Of a stretch of DNA of 64,000 bases, positions 8,938-17,659 are shown piece by piece (within the stretch, counting starts at the first letter, position 1; each line of letters starts with the position of its first letter). This DNA is from Myxococcales bacterium. GTDB taxonomy: Bacteria; Myxococcota_A; UBA9042. The notes under the pieces are model-generated. The model saw nothing but the letters and a program-made list of their open reading frames with translations, did no database searches and was not told the origin of the DNA. Where the stretch lies: NCBI GenBank assembly GCA_037441385.1, contig JBBISH010000009.1, forward strand, positions 1 through 64,000. Direction: 5' to 3'. The position numbers and the translations under genes were made by a program.

Positions 8938-11505
8938 ATGGTCACGAACTCCTTGCGCCCGCTGGACGCGCAGGGCAGCCGGTTGCGCCGGTGGCTGATC
9001 GCCCTAGGGGGCCTGGTGCTCCTGGCCGCGTTGGCGCTGGTCGGCTGCGGCTCTGGCGCCGAGTCGCCCGCAGCACCCAAGGCCTGCGTGCCCGGCAGCC
9101 AGATCACCTGCGCCTGCTTGGGTGGCGGGCAGGGCATGCAAGTCTGCAAGAGTGATGGCTCTTCCCTGGGGGCCTGCCAGGGCTGTCCCGCGGCGACCGA
9201 TGCCGACGTGGTGTCGCCCGACGTCGAGACCACCCAAGGCCAAGGCGACGCGCCCAATCCAAGCGACACGGACGCCGCCCAGGACCAGGATGCGCCATCC
9301 CTCGATCCGTGTTCAGACGGCGTCGTCAACGGCTCCGAGACGGACATCGACTGCGGGGGCTCCCAGTGCAAGCCCTGCACACCCGGCAAGAAATGCGCCA
9401 CCAAGGCCGACTGCAGCAACGGCGTGTGCCAAGACGGTAAGTGCCCCGTGCCGGACTGCAACGCGGCCGAACCCTGCGACGACAAGAATCCTTGCACGAC
9501 CGACACCTGCTCCTCGGCGAGCGACTGTACCCACGCGCCCGCGTCCAATGTACCGTGCGACGACGGCATTGCCTGCACGGTGGGCGACGTATGCGCCAAT
9601 GGAAAGTGCGTGTACGAGACCTCGTTGTGCGACTGCTTGACCGACAACGAATGCACTGCCAAATACGGCAGCGACACGCTTTGCTCCGGCAGCTACTCCT
9701 GCACGGCCCAGAACACGTGCGTCAAGAAGCCGCCACCCAGCTGCGACACTTCGGCCGACACGGCGTGCATCGTCACCAAATGCGACGAGGCCACGGGCAA
9801 GTGCGCGCCCACGCCCATCCAGAAGTACCCGGTCGCGTGCGACGACGGCAACGCCTGCACCATGGGCGACGTGTGCGAGCACACCGATCAGGGCCAATTC
9901 ACCGGCAAATGCCTGGGCGGCACCAACGTCTGCGGCTGCACCAAGAACTCGGACTGCGCGGCCAAAGAAGACGGCAACCTCTGCAACGGCACGTTGTACT
10001 GCAACCCCAAGACCAACAGCTGCGAGCTGAACCCGACCACCGTCGTCGTTTGCCCTACGGCCACGGACACGGCCTGCCTCAAGCACGTCTGCAACAAGTA
10101 CACGGGCCTGTGCGAAACGATCCCGAGCGAATACCTGTCGAAGAATTGCCCAAAGTCCGACCCGTCGTGCGACGTTTGGGTCAAGATTCCAGCCGGCATG
10201 CCGCCCCTCTTGGTCCCCTGCGACGACGGCAACCCGTGCAGCCTCAGCGCGGCCTGCATGAACGGCCAGTGCTCGGCCTCGGCCAGCAAGTGCGAGTGCC
10301 AGGTGAACGCCGACTGCGCGCAAACCGGCGACAAGTGCTCGGGGACCTACGTCTGCGACAAGGCCAGCGGCAAGTGCGTCGTCGATCCGTCCACGGTTCC
10401 CCTTTGTTCTTCGGCAGCCGACACGGCCTGTGCCAAGAACACCTGCAACCCCGCCACCGGCACTTGCGTCATGAAACCAACGGCCACCGGTGCGGCCTAC
10501 GTGCCCTGCGAAGATGGCAGCGCATGCACGATGTTCGACCAGTGTGACGCCGACGGCAAGTGCGCCTCGGGCGCCAACACGTGCCAGTGCCAGACCAACG
10601 CCGACTGCGCCGCGCTGGACGATGGCGACGCCTGCAACGGTACCCTGTACTGCAACGTGGCGAGCGGCAAATGCGAAATCGCCGCGGCCACGGTAGTCGT
10701 GTGCTCGCCGGCCTTTGACACCCCGTGCACCAAGAACACCTGCCAGCCAATCACAGGCCAGTGCCAACTGGTGCAGAAGAACGACTACCTGGTGTGCGAC
10801 GACGGCAACGACTGCACCACCGGCGACCACTGCCTAGAGGGCGCCTGCCTCAGTGGCGATAACAAGTGCGCTTGCGCGACCGATGCCGACTGCACCGCGT
10901 CCCAAAGCCTCAGCCTGTGCGACGGAACGCTGTACTGCGACCTTTCCGTGCCGCTGCACCAATGCAAGATCAAACCGGGGAGCGTGGTGGTCTGCCCCGC
11001 CAACAGCCCAAGCCCGTGTCTGGTCAACGCGTGCGACCCCGCCAAGGGGACCTGCGCGCTGCTACCCACCCCCGAGTGGTTCGCCAAGTGCGAGGACGGC
11101 AACCCCTGCACGCTCGCCGACTACTGCAAAGACGGCGCCTGCCAGTCCGGCGGCAATGTCTGCTCGTGCGCGAGCGACGGCGACTGTGCGAAGTTCAACA
11201 ACGGCAACCCGTGCACCGGCAAGCTCGTCTGCACCGGCACGGCCAGCAAGAGCTGCACCGTCGACCCAGCCACCGTTGTCGTGTGCAGCGGCGGCAGCGA
11301 ATGCAACCAGAACGTCTGCGATTCCAAGACCGGCAAGTGCGCCAGCGTGGTCGTGCCAAGCGCTTGCGACGACGGCAACCCCTGCACCATCGACGCCTGC
11401 AGCGCCGGCAAGTGCAGCCACGTCGCGATCGACGACCCCAAGGCGCCGTGCTCGGTCGGCGACGCCAGCAAGGTCTGCCTCAAGGGCCTTTGTCAAAAGC
11501 CGTAG
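8938..11505 (+). CDS. Cysteine-rich repeat lipoprotein (CDDGNxCTxD-type repeats)
   Basis: Lipobox LVGC, acidic linker and six roughly 95-aa Cys super-repeats; GAGG upstream of ATG 8938. Confidence 0.88.
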   Translation: MVTNSLRPLDAQGSRLRRWLIALGGLVLLAALALVGCGSGAESPAAPKACVPGSQITCACLGGGQGMQVCKSDGSSLGACQGCPAATDADVVSPDVETTQGQGDAPNPSDTDAAQDQDAPSLDPCSDGVVNGSETDIDCGGSQCKPCTPGKKCATKADCSNGVCQDGKCPVPDCNAAEPCDDKNPCTTDTCSSASDCTHAPASNVPCDDGIACTVGDVCANGKCVYETSLCDCLTDNECTAKYGSDTLCSGSYSCTAQNTCVKKPPPSCDTSADTACIVTKCDEATGKCAPTPIQKYPVACDDGNACTMGDVCEHTDQGQFTGKCLGGTNVCGCTKNSDCAAKEDGNLCNGTLYCNPKTNSCELNPTTVVVCPTATDTACLKHVCNKYTGLCETIPSEYLSKNCPKSDPSCDVWVKIPAGMPPLLVPCDDGNPCSLSAACMNGQCSASASKCECQVNADCAQTGDKCSGTYVCDKASGKCVVDPSTVPLCSSAADTACAKNTCNPATGTCVMKPTATGAAYVPCEDGSACTMFDQCDADGKCASGANTCQCQTNADCAALDDGDACNGTLYCNVASGKCEIAAATVVVCSPAFDTPCTKNTCQPITGQCQLVQKNDYLVCDDGNDCTTGDHCLEGACLSGDNKCACATDADCTASQSLSLCDGTLYCDLSVPLHQCKIKPGSVVVCPANSPSPCLVNACDPAKGTCALLPTPEWFAKCEDGNPCTLADYCKDGACQSGGNVCSCASDGDCAKFNNGNPCTGKLVCTGTASKSCTVDPATVVVCSGGSECNQNVCDSKTGKCASVVVPSACDDGNPCTIDACSAGKCSHVAIDDPKAPCSVGDASKVCLKGLCQKP

Positions 11506-11506
11506 G

Positions 11507-12364
11507 CTACTTTTTCTTCCACTCTTTCAGCGCCTTCTCCACCGCTTCCTTGTAGAAGAAGTTGGGGTCTTTCTCGCCCAGCTCGTGCGCCTTCTTGGCC
11601 AGCTCCAGGGCTTCGCCTTCCTTGCCCATGCGCTGCAGGATCTGCGCTTTGATCCACAGGTTGTACCAGGCGACCTCCAGAGCCAGCGACTTGTCCGCCA
11701 GAACCAGCGCGCCAGTGTGATCCCCCGCAGTTTCGCTGAGATAGCGGGCCGCGTTGGCGTAGGGTCGCCAGGCGCCTTTGGCCATCGCTTCGATGCTCGC
11801 TTTGGCGTGGGCAGCCGTGTCGACATGGATATCCACAGAAACGCGCAGCTTCTCCCACTCCAAGTCCAGCCGAGTGGCGTCGTCGGTGGTATTGGCAAAG
11901 GCGAAAATCATCCGCTCGCGCGGGGCGATGGCCTCAGTCTTCGCGGCGACGCGCACCACGTCCAGCTTGGGGTCATAGGCCTTGCCGCCGCCGAACACAC
12001 CCAGATCGCTGTTCAGAATCAGCGTCCAGCCCTTGGGGGTGGGCAGCGCCGCCAGCGCGTAGGTGCCCGCCTTGACGGGCTGGCCGCCAAACTGCACGTC
12101 GCGGCTGAAGCTCAACTTGGTCGCGGCGTTGGCGCCCGCGCGCCAGACTTTGTCCCATGGCACCAGATCGCCCCAAACGGTGCGATTCTTGACGGCCGGG
12201 CTGGAATAGTCGAGCGAAATGTCCGTTAAACCAACCCGTTGCGCCACCTTGGCCGCCGGACTGGGCGCCGGGAGTTCCAGAGCCTGTTGCGCAAAGGCGC
12301 TTTGAGTCGACGCCAGGCCCGCCATGCCGGCCACCAGGGCAAAAGCAACACCAAGTTTCCGCAT
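11507..12364 (-). CDS. DUF2911 domain exported protein with a C-terminal TPR-like region
   Basis: SPAAKVAQRVGLTDISLDYSSPAVK...LVPWDKVWRAGAN and a signal peptide; GGAG upstream of ATG 12364. Confidence 0.9.
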   Translation of the reverse strand: MRKLGVAFALVAGMAGLASTQSAFAQQALELPAPSPAAKVAQRVGLTDISLDYSSPAVKNRTVWGDLVPWDKVWRAGANAATKLSFSRDVQFGGQPVKAGTYALAALPTPKGWTLILNSDLGVFGGGKAYDPKLDVVRVAAKTEAIAPRERMIFAFANTTDDATRLDLEWEKLRVSVDIHVDTAAHAKASIEAMAKGAWRPYANAARYLSETAGDHTGALVLADKSLALEVAWYNLWIKAQILQRMGKEGEALELAKKAHELGEKDPNFFYKEAVEKALKEWKKK

Positions 12365-12550
12365 AGATAGCAACTCCATGGACTTGCGGGTCTACCCGCA
12401 TCGTTGGGGCCGCCCAGGTCTGGGCAGCTGGCGGTGGGCTGGCAACCGCGCCCGCCCACACAACTGGGGCGGCACTGGTAGCAGAAGCACCTGTAGCGCG
12501 CCAACTTCTAGCGGATAACTGCAGACAAGCTGGTCGGTTCGGCCGCAGCG

Positions 12551-13036
12551 CTAGCCCGGCAGCCCCACCTCGACCCACTCCGGTTCCAGCAGCTCCTCCA
12601 CGACCGACGGCGCCAGTGCGACCAGAAAACCGCGCGCGCCGCCGTTGATGTAGATGCGGTCGAGCTCGAAGATGGTCGCCTCCGCAAATACCGGCATGGC
12701 TTTGCGCGTGCCAAAGGGCGACGTCCCGCCCACCAGATAGCCGGTGTGCTTGTGGGCCACATCGGGCAGGCACGGTGCGACCGACTTCTTGCCCAAGTGG
12801 CGCGCCAGGTTCTTGGTCGAAACCTGCATGTCGCCGTGCATGAGCACGATCAGCGGCTCGCCGGTCTCGTCTTGCATGACCAGCGTCTTGATGACGGCGT
12901 GCTCGTCCACGCCCAGCTCGCGGGCCGAGACCTTGGTCCCGCCCTTTTCCTCGTAGGCGTACAGGTGTTCGGTGAACGCGACTCCGGCCGCGCGCAGTGC
13001 GCGAATGGCAGGAGTGACGGGGACTTGCTGGGCCAT
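12551..13036 (-). CDS. ybaK: Cys-tRNA(Pro) deacylase, YbaK family
   Basis: TPAIRAL, VIKTLV, TGYLVGGTSPFG and INGGARG motifs. Confidence 0.92.
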   Translation of the reverse strand: MAQQVPVTPAIRALRAAGVAFTEHLYAYEEKGGTKVSARELGVDEHAVIKTLVMQDETGEPLIVLMHGDMQVSTKNLARHLGKKSVAPCLPDVAHKHTGYLVGGTSPFGTRKAMPVFAEATIFELDRIYINGGARGFLVALAPSVVEELLEPEWVEVGLPG

Positions 13037-13130
13037 CGTCGCCTCGGGCGGACCGCGCCGCCGCCGCCATGGTAGCGCAACTTGCTAGTCCGCGCGCAGT
13101 TTGCCATGGTGCAGCGCGGAGGTGTTTGCC

Positions 13131-14462
13131 GTGGCGATCTGGAAGCAAGGTGCGGGGTGGAACAAGGGGCTGCGGCGATGGCTGGCGGTTGGTTTGCTGG
13201 CGTGGTTGGCAGGTTGCGGCAGCGATGCGGCGAGCCAAGTCGACGCCAGCGCCACGGACAGTGCCCAGGATGCAGCGGTCGCGGACGTCGCAGTCGACGT
13301 AAAACCCCAAGATATTTCTAAAGATACGGCGCAGGATGCGGCCGCCGCGGACAGCAAAGTTGCCGACAGCCAGGTCACCGACAGCGCCGCGGCAGACTCA
13401 GCTTTTCCCGCGGACACAGCGAGTTCAGACACAGGGAGTTCAGACACAGCGAGTTCAGACACAGCGAGTTCGGGCGACTCCAGCGATGCCTCGGTCGCCG
13501 ACGCGCCGGCACCCGACTCGGCTGCGGCGGATTCGACCAGCGTCGATGCGGTCGCCGACACCGATCCTGGAATTGCCTGCGCCAAAGCGGTGATCGCCAG
13601 CGGCGAGTTCAAGGATCACTACCTGGAACTGGCCGCCGCGCCGACCACGACCCAAGGGCTCAAGGCCACGACTTGGACCTGGACCGCCCAACAGCCCTTT
13701 GGCAAAGCGGTCTTCGCACCGGATGCCGCCAGCGCCAAGGTCAAGCTGGGCCCGGTGCTGTACCAAGGCAGCTACACGGTGTGCTTGCAGGTCGAGACGG
13801 CGGGCCAGCCCGCCTGCGCGCCGACCTGTCAAACCTATGTCTATACACCGGGTTTGTACGTCGAGCTGAAGTGGCAGACGCCCGCCGCCAGCGATCCGGT
13901 TGGCGCCAGCGCTGCGGATCTGAACCTGCACTTGGCTGACGAAAAAGCTACTAGTAACAAGGATTTGGACTGCGACAACCAGCCCGACCCTTGGTACGAC
14001 GAGCAGAACGCCGCGTTCTGGCTGAACCCGACGCCAGACTGGGGCCAGGCGGGCTCGCTGGCCGATGATCCGCTGGTCGACGACGCGGCCAATCCCAGCA
14101 AACCCGAAGTGATCCTTGTAGATCTGCCGGCAACGGGCACCTACTCGTTGGCCGTCCACGTCCTCAACGACAAGTTGGCCGGCGCGTCGATCGCCGAACT
14201 GAGCGTGTACGCCGCCGGGGTGCAACTCGTGCAATTGTCCGGGGTCAGTCTGAAGCAAAGCGACCTGTGGACCGTGGGCAAGCTGATCGTTCCCGGCGGC
14301 GGCGCGCCGGCGCAGTGGGTGGCCTGCAGTCAATCGGCCGACGCGTGCAAAGGCGGCGGAAAACTCTGGCAAAGCAGCGGCGACTTGTGCACCACGCCCT
14401 GCTACGAGTACGCCGGCCTGTTCAGCAAGGCCACGCCGGCTTGCGGTTGGAAGTGGCAGTAA
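13131..14462 (+). CDS. Hypothetical lipoprotein with an Asp/Ser/Ala linker and a YfaP/DUF2135-like beta domain
   Basis: GGAGG 8 nt before GTG 13131, lipobox LAGC and the motif LYVELKW...DLNLHL. Confidence 0.78.
   Translation: MAIWKQGAGWNKGLRRWLAVGLLAWLAGCGSDAASQVDASATDSAQDAAVADVAVDVKPQDISKDTAQDAAAADSKVADSQVTDSAAADSAFPADTASSDTGSSDTASSDTASSGDSSDASVADAPAPDSAAADSTSVDAVADTDPGIACAKAVIASGEFKDHYLELAAAPTTTQGLKATTWTWTAQQPFGKAVFAPDAASAKVKLGPVLYQGSYTVCLQVETAGQPACAPTCQTYVYTPGLYVELKWQTPAASDPVGASAADLNLHLADEKATSNKDLDCDNQPDPWYDEQNAAFWLNPTPDWGQAGSLADDPLVDDAANPSKPEVILVDLPATGTYSLAVHVLNDKLAGASIAELSVYAAGVQLVQLSGVSLKQSDLWTVGKLIVPGGGAPAQWVACSQSADACKGGGKLWQSSGDLCTTPCYEYAGLFSKATPACGWKWQ
13413..13472 (+). repeat. In-frame 15-bp tandem repeat x4 encoding DT(A/G)SS
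   Basis: GACACAG(C/G)GAGTTC(A/G) at 13413, 13428, 13443 and 13458. Confidence 0.9.
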
Positions 14463-16825
14463 TGGCGCGCACTTGGCTACTCGCCGCGGCCCTGCTGGCG
14501 GCCTGCACCAGCGAGCCTGCCGACAGCGCTTGGCACCTCCGTGTGCAAGGCGCGGGTGGTCAGGCGGTCGGCGAATTCGTGGCCATCTTGAGCAGCGGCG
14601 ACACGGTGCTGCGCCTGGCCTGTCCGGGAGCGTCGTCGCCGACCTACGTGGCCCGATGCACGGCCGGCGGTGTGGAACTTGGCTCACCTCCTGGCCAATT
14701 GCATGTGCTGCTCAAGAGCAAGGACCACCTGAGCCGCAGCACCGACGCACAACCGCAGGCCGGGCAAAGCGCGACCATGACGCTGCCCAACCTGCCGGCG
14801 CCGGTGCTGAACGCCGACTACGCCACCGCGCTGCCGACCAGCGGCGGGTTGGACGCGTACGCCAAGCTGGCCTACACCGCCGCCACCGAGCTGGGGACCA
14901 CGCAAAGCGTCAAATTCTTGATAACCGGACTAGACACCGCGGAACCCAAGGTGTTCTTGCAGAACACGCTCAGCCACCCGCTGCACTACACCTTTGCCCA
15001 CGACGTGCTCCACCTGCCTGGAACACTGGACCAATTCGAGCAAGCCACCTACCACGGCCAGGACCGCAAGCAGGCGGCTGGCACGTTGGTGCGCTTTGGT
15101 TCGGTGGCCGCGGCGACCTTGGACGGGGGTGCGGTGGCTCAGGCCCCGCTGGCCCTGACGTTCTTTTCCAGCGACGACTTGCAGCCGCCTTTGGTCGCGC
15201 GAATTCACCGAATCCTTGAGGATCATTTGGGCTTTGCTCAGCTGACCAGTGGCGCGAACCGCCTGGTGTACCTGCCGGCAGGTCAGACCCAAGAGCAGGC
15301 GGCGGCGGCGCAACGCGGGGCCCTGGCGGCGGCGGATGTGCCGTGGCTGGACCGCAAGGCCCTGTACGGCGGCCTGAAGCTGCAGGTGCTCAACCCCGGT
15401 ACGTCGTATGGCACGTTGCGGCGCCTCACTCCTGAGGAATTGCCCACCGCGATCCTGTCGTCCCACGACATCGTGCTGCTGACGCGCCTGCCCAATGCGC
15501 TACCCATCGTGGGCGGTACCATCGTCGAGGAGCTGCAAACGCCGCTGGCGCACGTCAATGTCGCCGCCCATGCCCGCGGCCTGCCCAACATTTCGCTGCT
15601 CGACGCGTCGACCGACCCGCGCGTGCAGCCGTATCTGGACAAACTGGTCCGCTTTGAAGCCCAAGACGGCGACTTCAAGCTGACGGCCGCCACGACCGCC
15701 GAGGCCCAGGCCTGGTGGCAAAGCCATCAAAAGCCGCAGTATGTGCCCAAACACGACGACGCCTTTGCCGATCTGCCCGCCCTGGCCAAGGTTGGCTATG
15801 CCGACTGGCCGCGCATCGGCGTCAAGGCCGCCAACGTGGCCGAGCTGAGCCACTTCATCGGCGAGCACGCGCCGCATGGATTTGCCGTTCCGTTCCATTT
15901 CTATTTGGAGTACATGCAGTCGCATCGGGTCGATCCGGGGCTGTGCCTCAGCGGTCTGAGCCAGTGCCTGGCCTCGGGTCGTACCGCGGTGGCTTGCGAT
16001 AAAGCCAAAGCATTTTGCGATGTTTCGGCATCCGGCAATCACGCGCTCCAGGATTTCGCCGCGCAGCTCCCCAGCCAGGCCGACTTGCAGGCCGACTCAC
16101 CCGCGCTAGAGGCGGTGCTGTTCGATCTCCATCACTTCTTTGCGCAACTGCCTGTTGACCCTACCTTGGCGGCGGCGCTCGACGACGCGGTGGCGGCCCA
16201 GTTCGGCGCCGGCAACGTCCGCTTGCGCTCCAGCACGAATTCAGAGGACTTGCCAGGCTTCTCTGGCGCTGGCCTGTACGACTCCACCGCCGCCACGGCA
16301 ACAGGCAAGACCCGAGCATCGCTGATGATTCGCCAGATTTGGGCGTCGGTGTGGAGCTGGCGCGCCTACCAAGAGCGGGCGTGGTGGAACATCGATCATG
16401 GCCACGTGCGGATGGGTGTGCTGGTCCACCAAAGCTTCCCAATCGAGCAGGCTGGTGGCGTGCTCATCACACAAAATATCGCGGATCCAACAACCTACGG
16501 TATGTACGTCAACGTGCAGCAAGGCGAGATGAGCGTCACCAACCCGACCGACGGCGCGCTCGCCGAGGTGTTCAGCCTGGTGGCCGGGCCCAACGGTCTG
16601 GGCGTCCAGCGGTTGCGGTGGTCGTCGCTGTCGCCGGGCCAGCCCCTGCTGAGCGATGCCGAGACGCTGCAGCTCTATCAACTTGCCAATCAGGTGCAAC
16701 AGCACTTTGCGCCGCTCTACGGTCAGGATCCCGGGGCCATGGCCCTGGACATCGAGTTCAAGTTCCACGGCCCCCAACGCGCCTTGTTCTTCAAGCAAGT
16801 GCGGCCCTATGTGGGTGGATTCTAG
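14462..16825 (+). CDS. Lipoprotein with a PEP-synthase/PPDK-type ATP-grasp domain and a His-swivel-like motif
   Basis: Lipobox LAAC; RLRSSTNSEDLPGFSGAGLY; DIEFK...KQVRP; TPLAHVNVAAHARGLPN. TAATG overlap with the upstream gene. Confidence 0.88.
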   Translation: MARTWLLAAALLAACTSEPADSAWHLRVQGAGGQAVGEFVAILSSGDTVLRLACPGASSPTYVARCTAGGVELGSPPGQLHVLLKSKDHLSRSTDAQPQAGQSATMTLPNLPAPVLNADYATALPTSGGLDAYAKLAYTAATELGTTQSVKFLITGLDTAEPKVFLQNTLSHPLHYTFAHDVLHLPGTLDQFEQATYHGQDRKQAAGTLVRFGSVAAATLDGGAVAQAPLALTFFSSDDLQPPLVARIHRILEDHLGFAQLTSGANRLVYLPAGQTQEQAAAAQRGALAAADVPWLDRKALYGGLKLQVLNPGTSYGTLRRLTPEELPTAILSSHDIVLLTRLPNALPIVGGTIVEELQTPLAHVNVAAHARGLPNISLLDASTDPRVQPYLDKLVRFEAQDGDFKLTAATTAEAQAWWQSHQKPQYVPKHDDAFADLPALAKVGYADWPRIGVKAANVAELSHFIGEHAPHGFAVPFHFYLEYMQSHRVDPGLCLSGLSQCLASGRTAVACDKAKAFCDVSASGNHALQDFAAQLPSQADLQADSPALEAVLFDLHHFFAQLPVDPTLAAALDDAVAAQFGAGNVRLRSSTNSEDLPGFSGAGLYDSTAATATGKTRASLMIRQIWASVWSWRAYQERAWWNIDHGHVRMGVLVHQSFPIEQAGGVLITQNIADPTTYGMYVNVQQGEMSVTNPTDGALAEVFSLVAGPNGLGVQRLRWSSLSPGQPLLSDAETLQLYQLANQVQQHFAPLYGQDPGAMALDIEFKFHGPQRALFFKQVRPYVGGF

Positions 16826-16855
16826 TTGTTTTCTTTGCCAACCCAAGAGGTCAAC

Positions 16856-17641
16856 ATGCGCAACTTTCGCATCCCCTGCCTTGCGGCCGCCGTCCTGGTC
16901 TCCGCTTGCGGCAGCTCTGCCGGCGGCACGGCGACCACCTCGGATGTTTCCGGCGACAGCTCGGTCAAAGACGGCAGCGGCAGCGACGCCAGTGGCGATT
17001 CCACCAGCGCCGACAGCGTGCTCGCCGACTCGACCGCCAGCGATGCGGCCCCAGACACCAGCGGCAGCGACGCCGGCCCCATCGACGCCGATCCCAGCAA
17101 GGATTTTGGCTTTGTCGTGCGCAAGCCCGCGGAGCACGTGCTGAAGTGCACCAATCCGTCGCCCATGGCCGGCGACACGCTGACCGCCAGCGACGCCGAT
17201 TTCATCTGCACCTTTGCCTACAAGGGCCAGACTGGCCACGTGTACCTGCAGAACACCGCCAGCGGCTGCACGAGCGGCGGCATGTCCAACCTGGCCACTT
17301 TCACGGGCACTGGGGCCTGGATCTCTTTGGCGAACGGCGTCTTCGCGATGAGCGGCGCCAGCTACGACTGGGGCGGCAATCACCACAACGACTCCTTGGA
17401 ATTTGACTGGCAGGGCACGCACTTCCGTCTGTTCCACAGCTCGTTTGGCTTCGGCTGGCGCAAGTGCCAACCCATGGACTGCATTCAAGTCACCAAGGGC
17501 GTGGGCGGCGACCTCGTCGAAGACGGCTGCACCAAAGACCGCACGCTGCCGATTTGGTGTTCGCAAGTCGAAGCCGACGGCAGCTACCCGCCGCCCGTGG
17601 ACGCCTTCAAGAAGTGCTTGGGCGACCCGAACGGCGGCTAG
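16856..17641 (+). CDS. Hypothetical lipoprotein
   Basis: GAGG RBS, lipobox VSAC, Asp/Ser linker and a Cys-containing globular C-terminus. Confidence 0.8.
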   Translation: MRNFRIPCLAAAVLVSACGSSAGGTATTSDVSGDSSVKDGSGSDASGDSTSADSVLADSTASDAAPDTSGSDAGPIDADPSKDFGFVVRKPAEHVLKCTNPSPMAGDTLTASDADFICTFAYKGQTGHVYLQNTASGCTSGGMSNLATFTGTGAWISLANGVFAMSGASYDWGGNHHNDSLEFDWQGTHFRLFHSSFGFGWRKCQPMDCIQVTKGVGGDLVEDGCTKDRTLPIWCSQVEADGSYPPPVDAFKKCLGDPNGG

Positions 17642-17659
17642 CGCGCCCAGCCGGCAAGG

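Noticed and set aside
9313..10830. Long antisense and alternative-frame ORFs (also 17681-19774, 24212-26407, 28748-30283, 57563-59698)
   Set aside because: These are shadows of real genes in high-GC DNA, with no motifs and skewed composition.
13413..13472. 15-bp tandem repeats as a CRISPR or phase switch
   Set aside because: They have no spacers and a unit length divisible by 3, so they only alter linker length.
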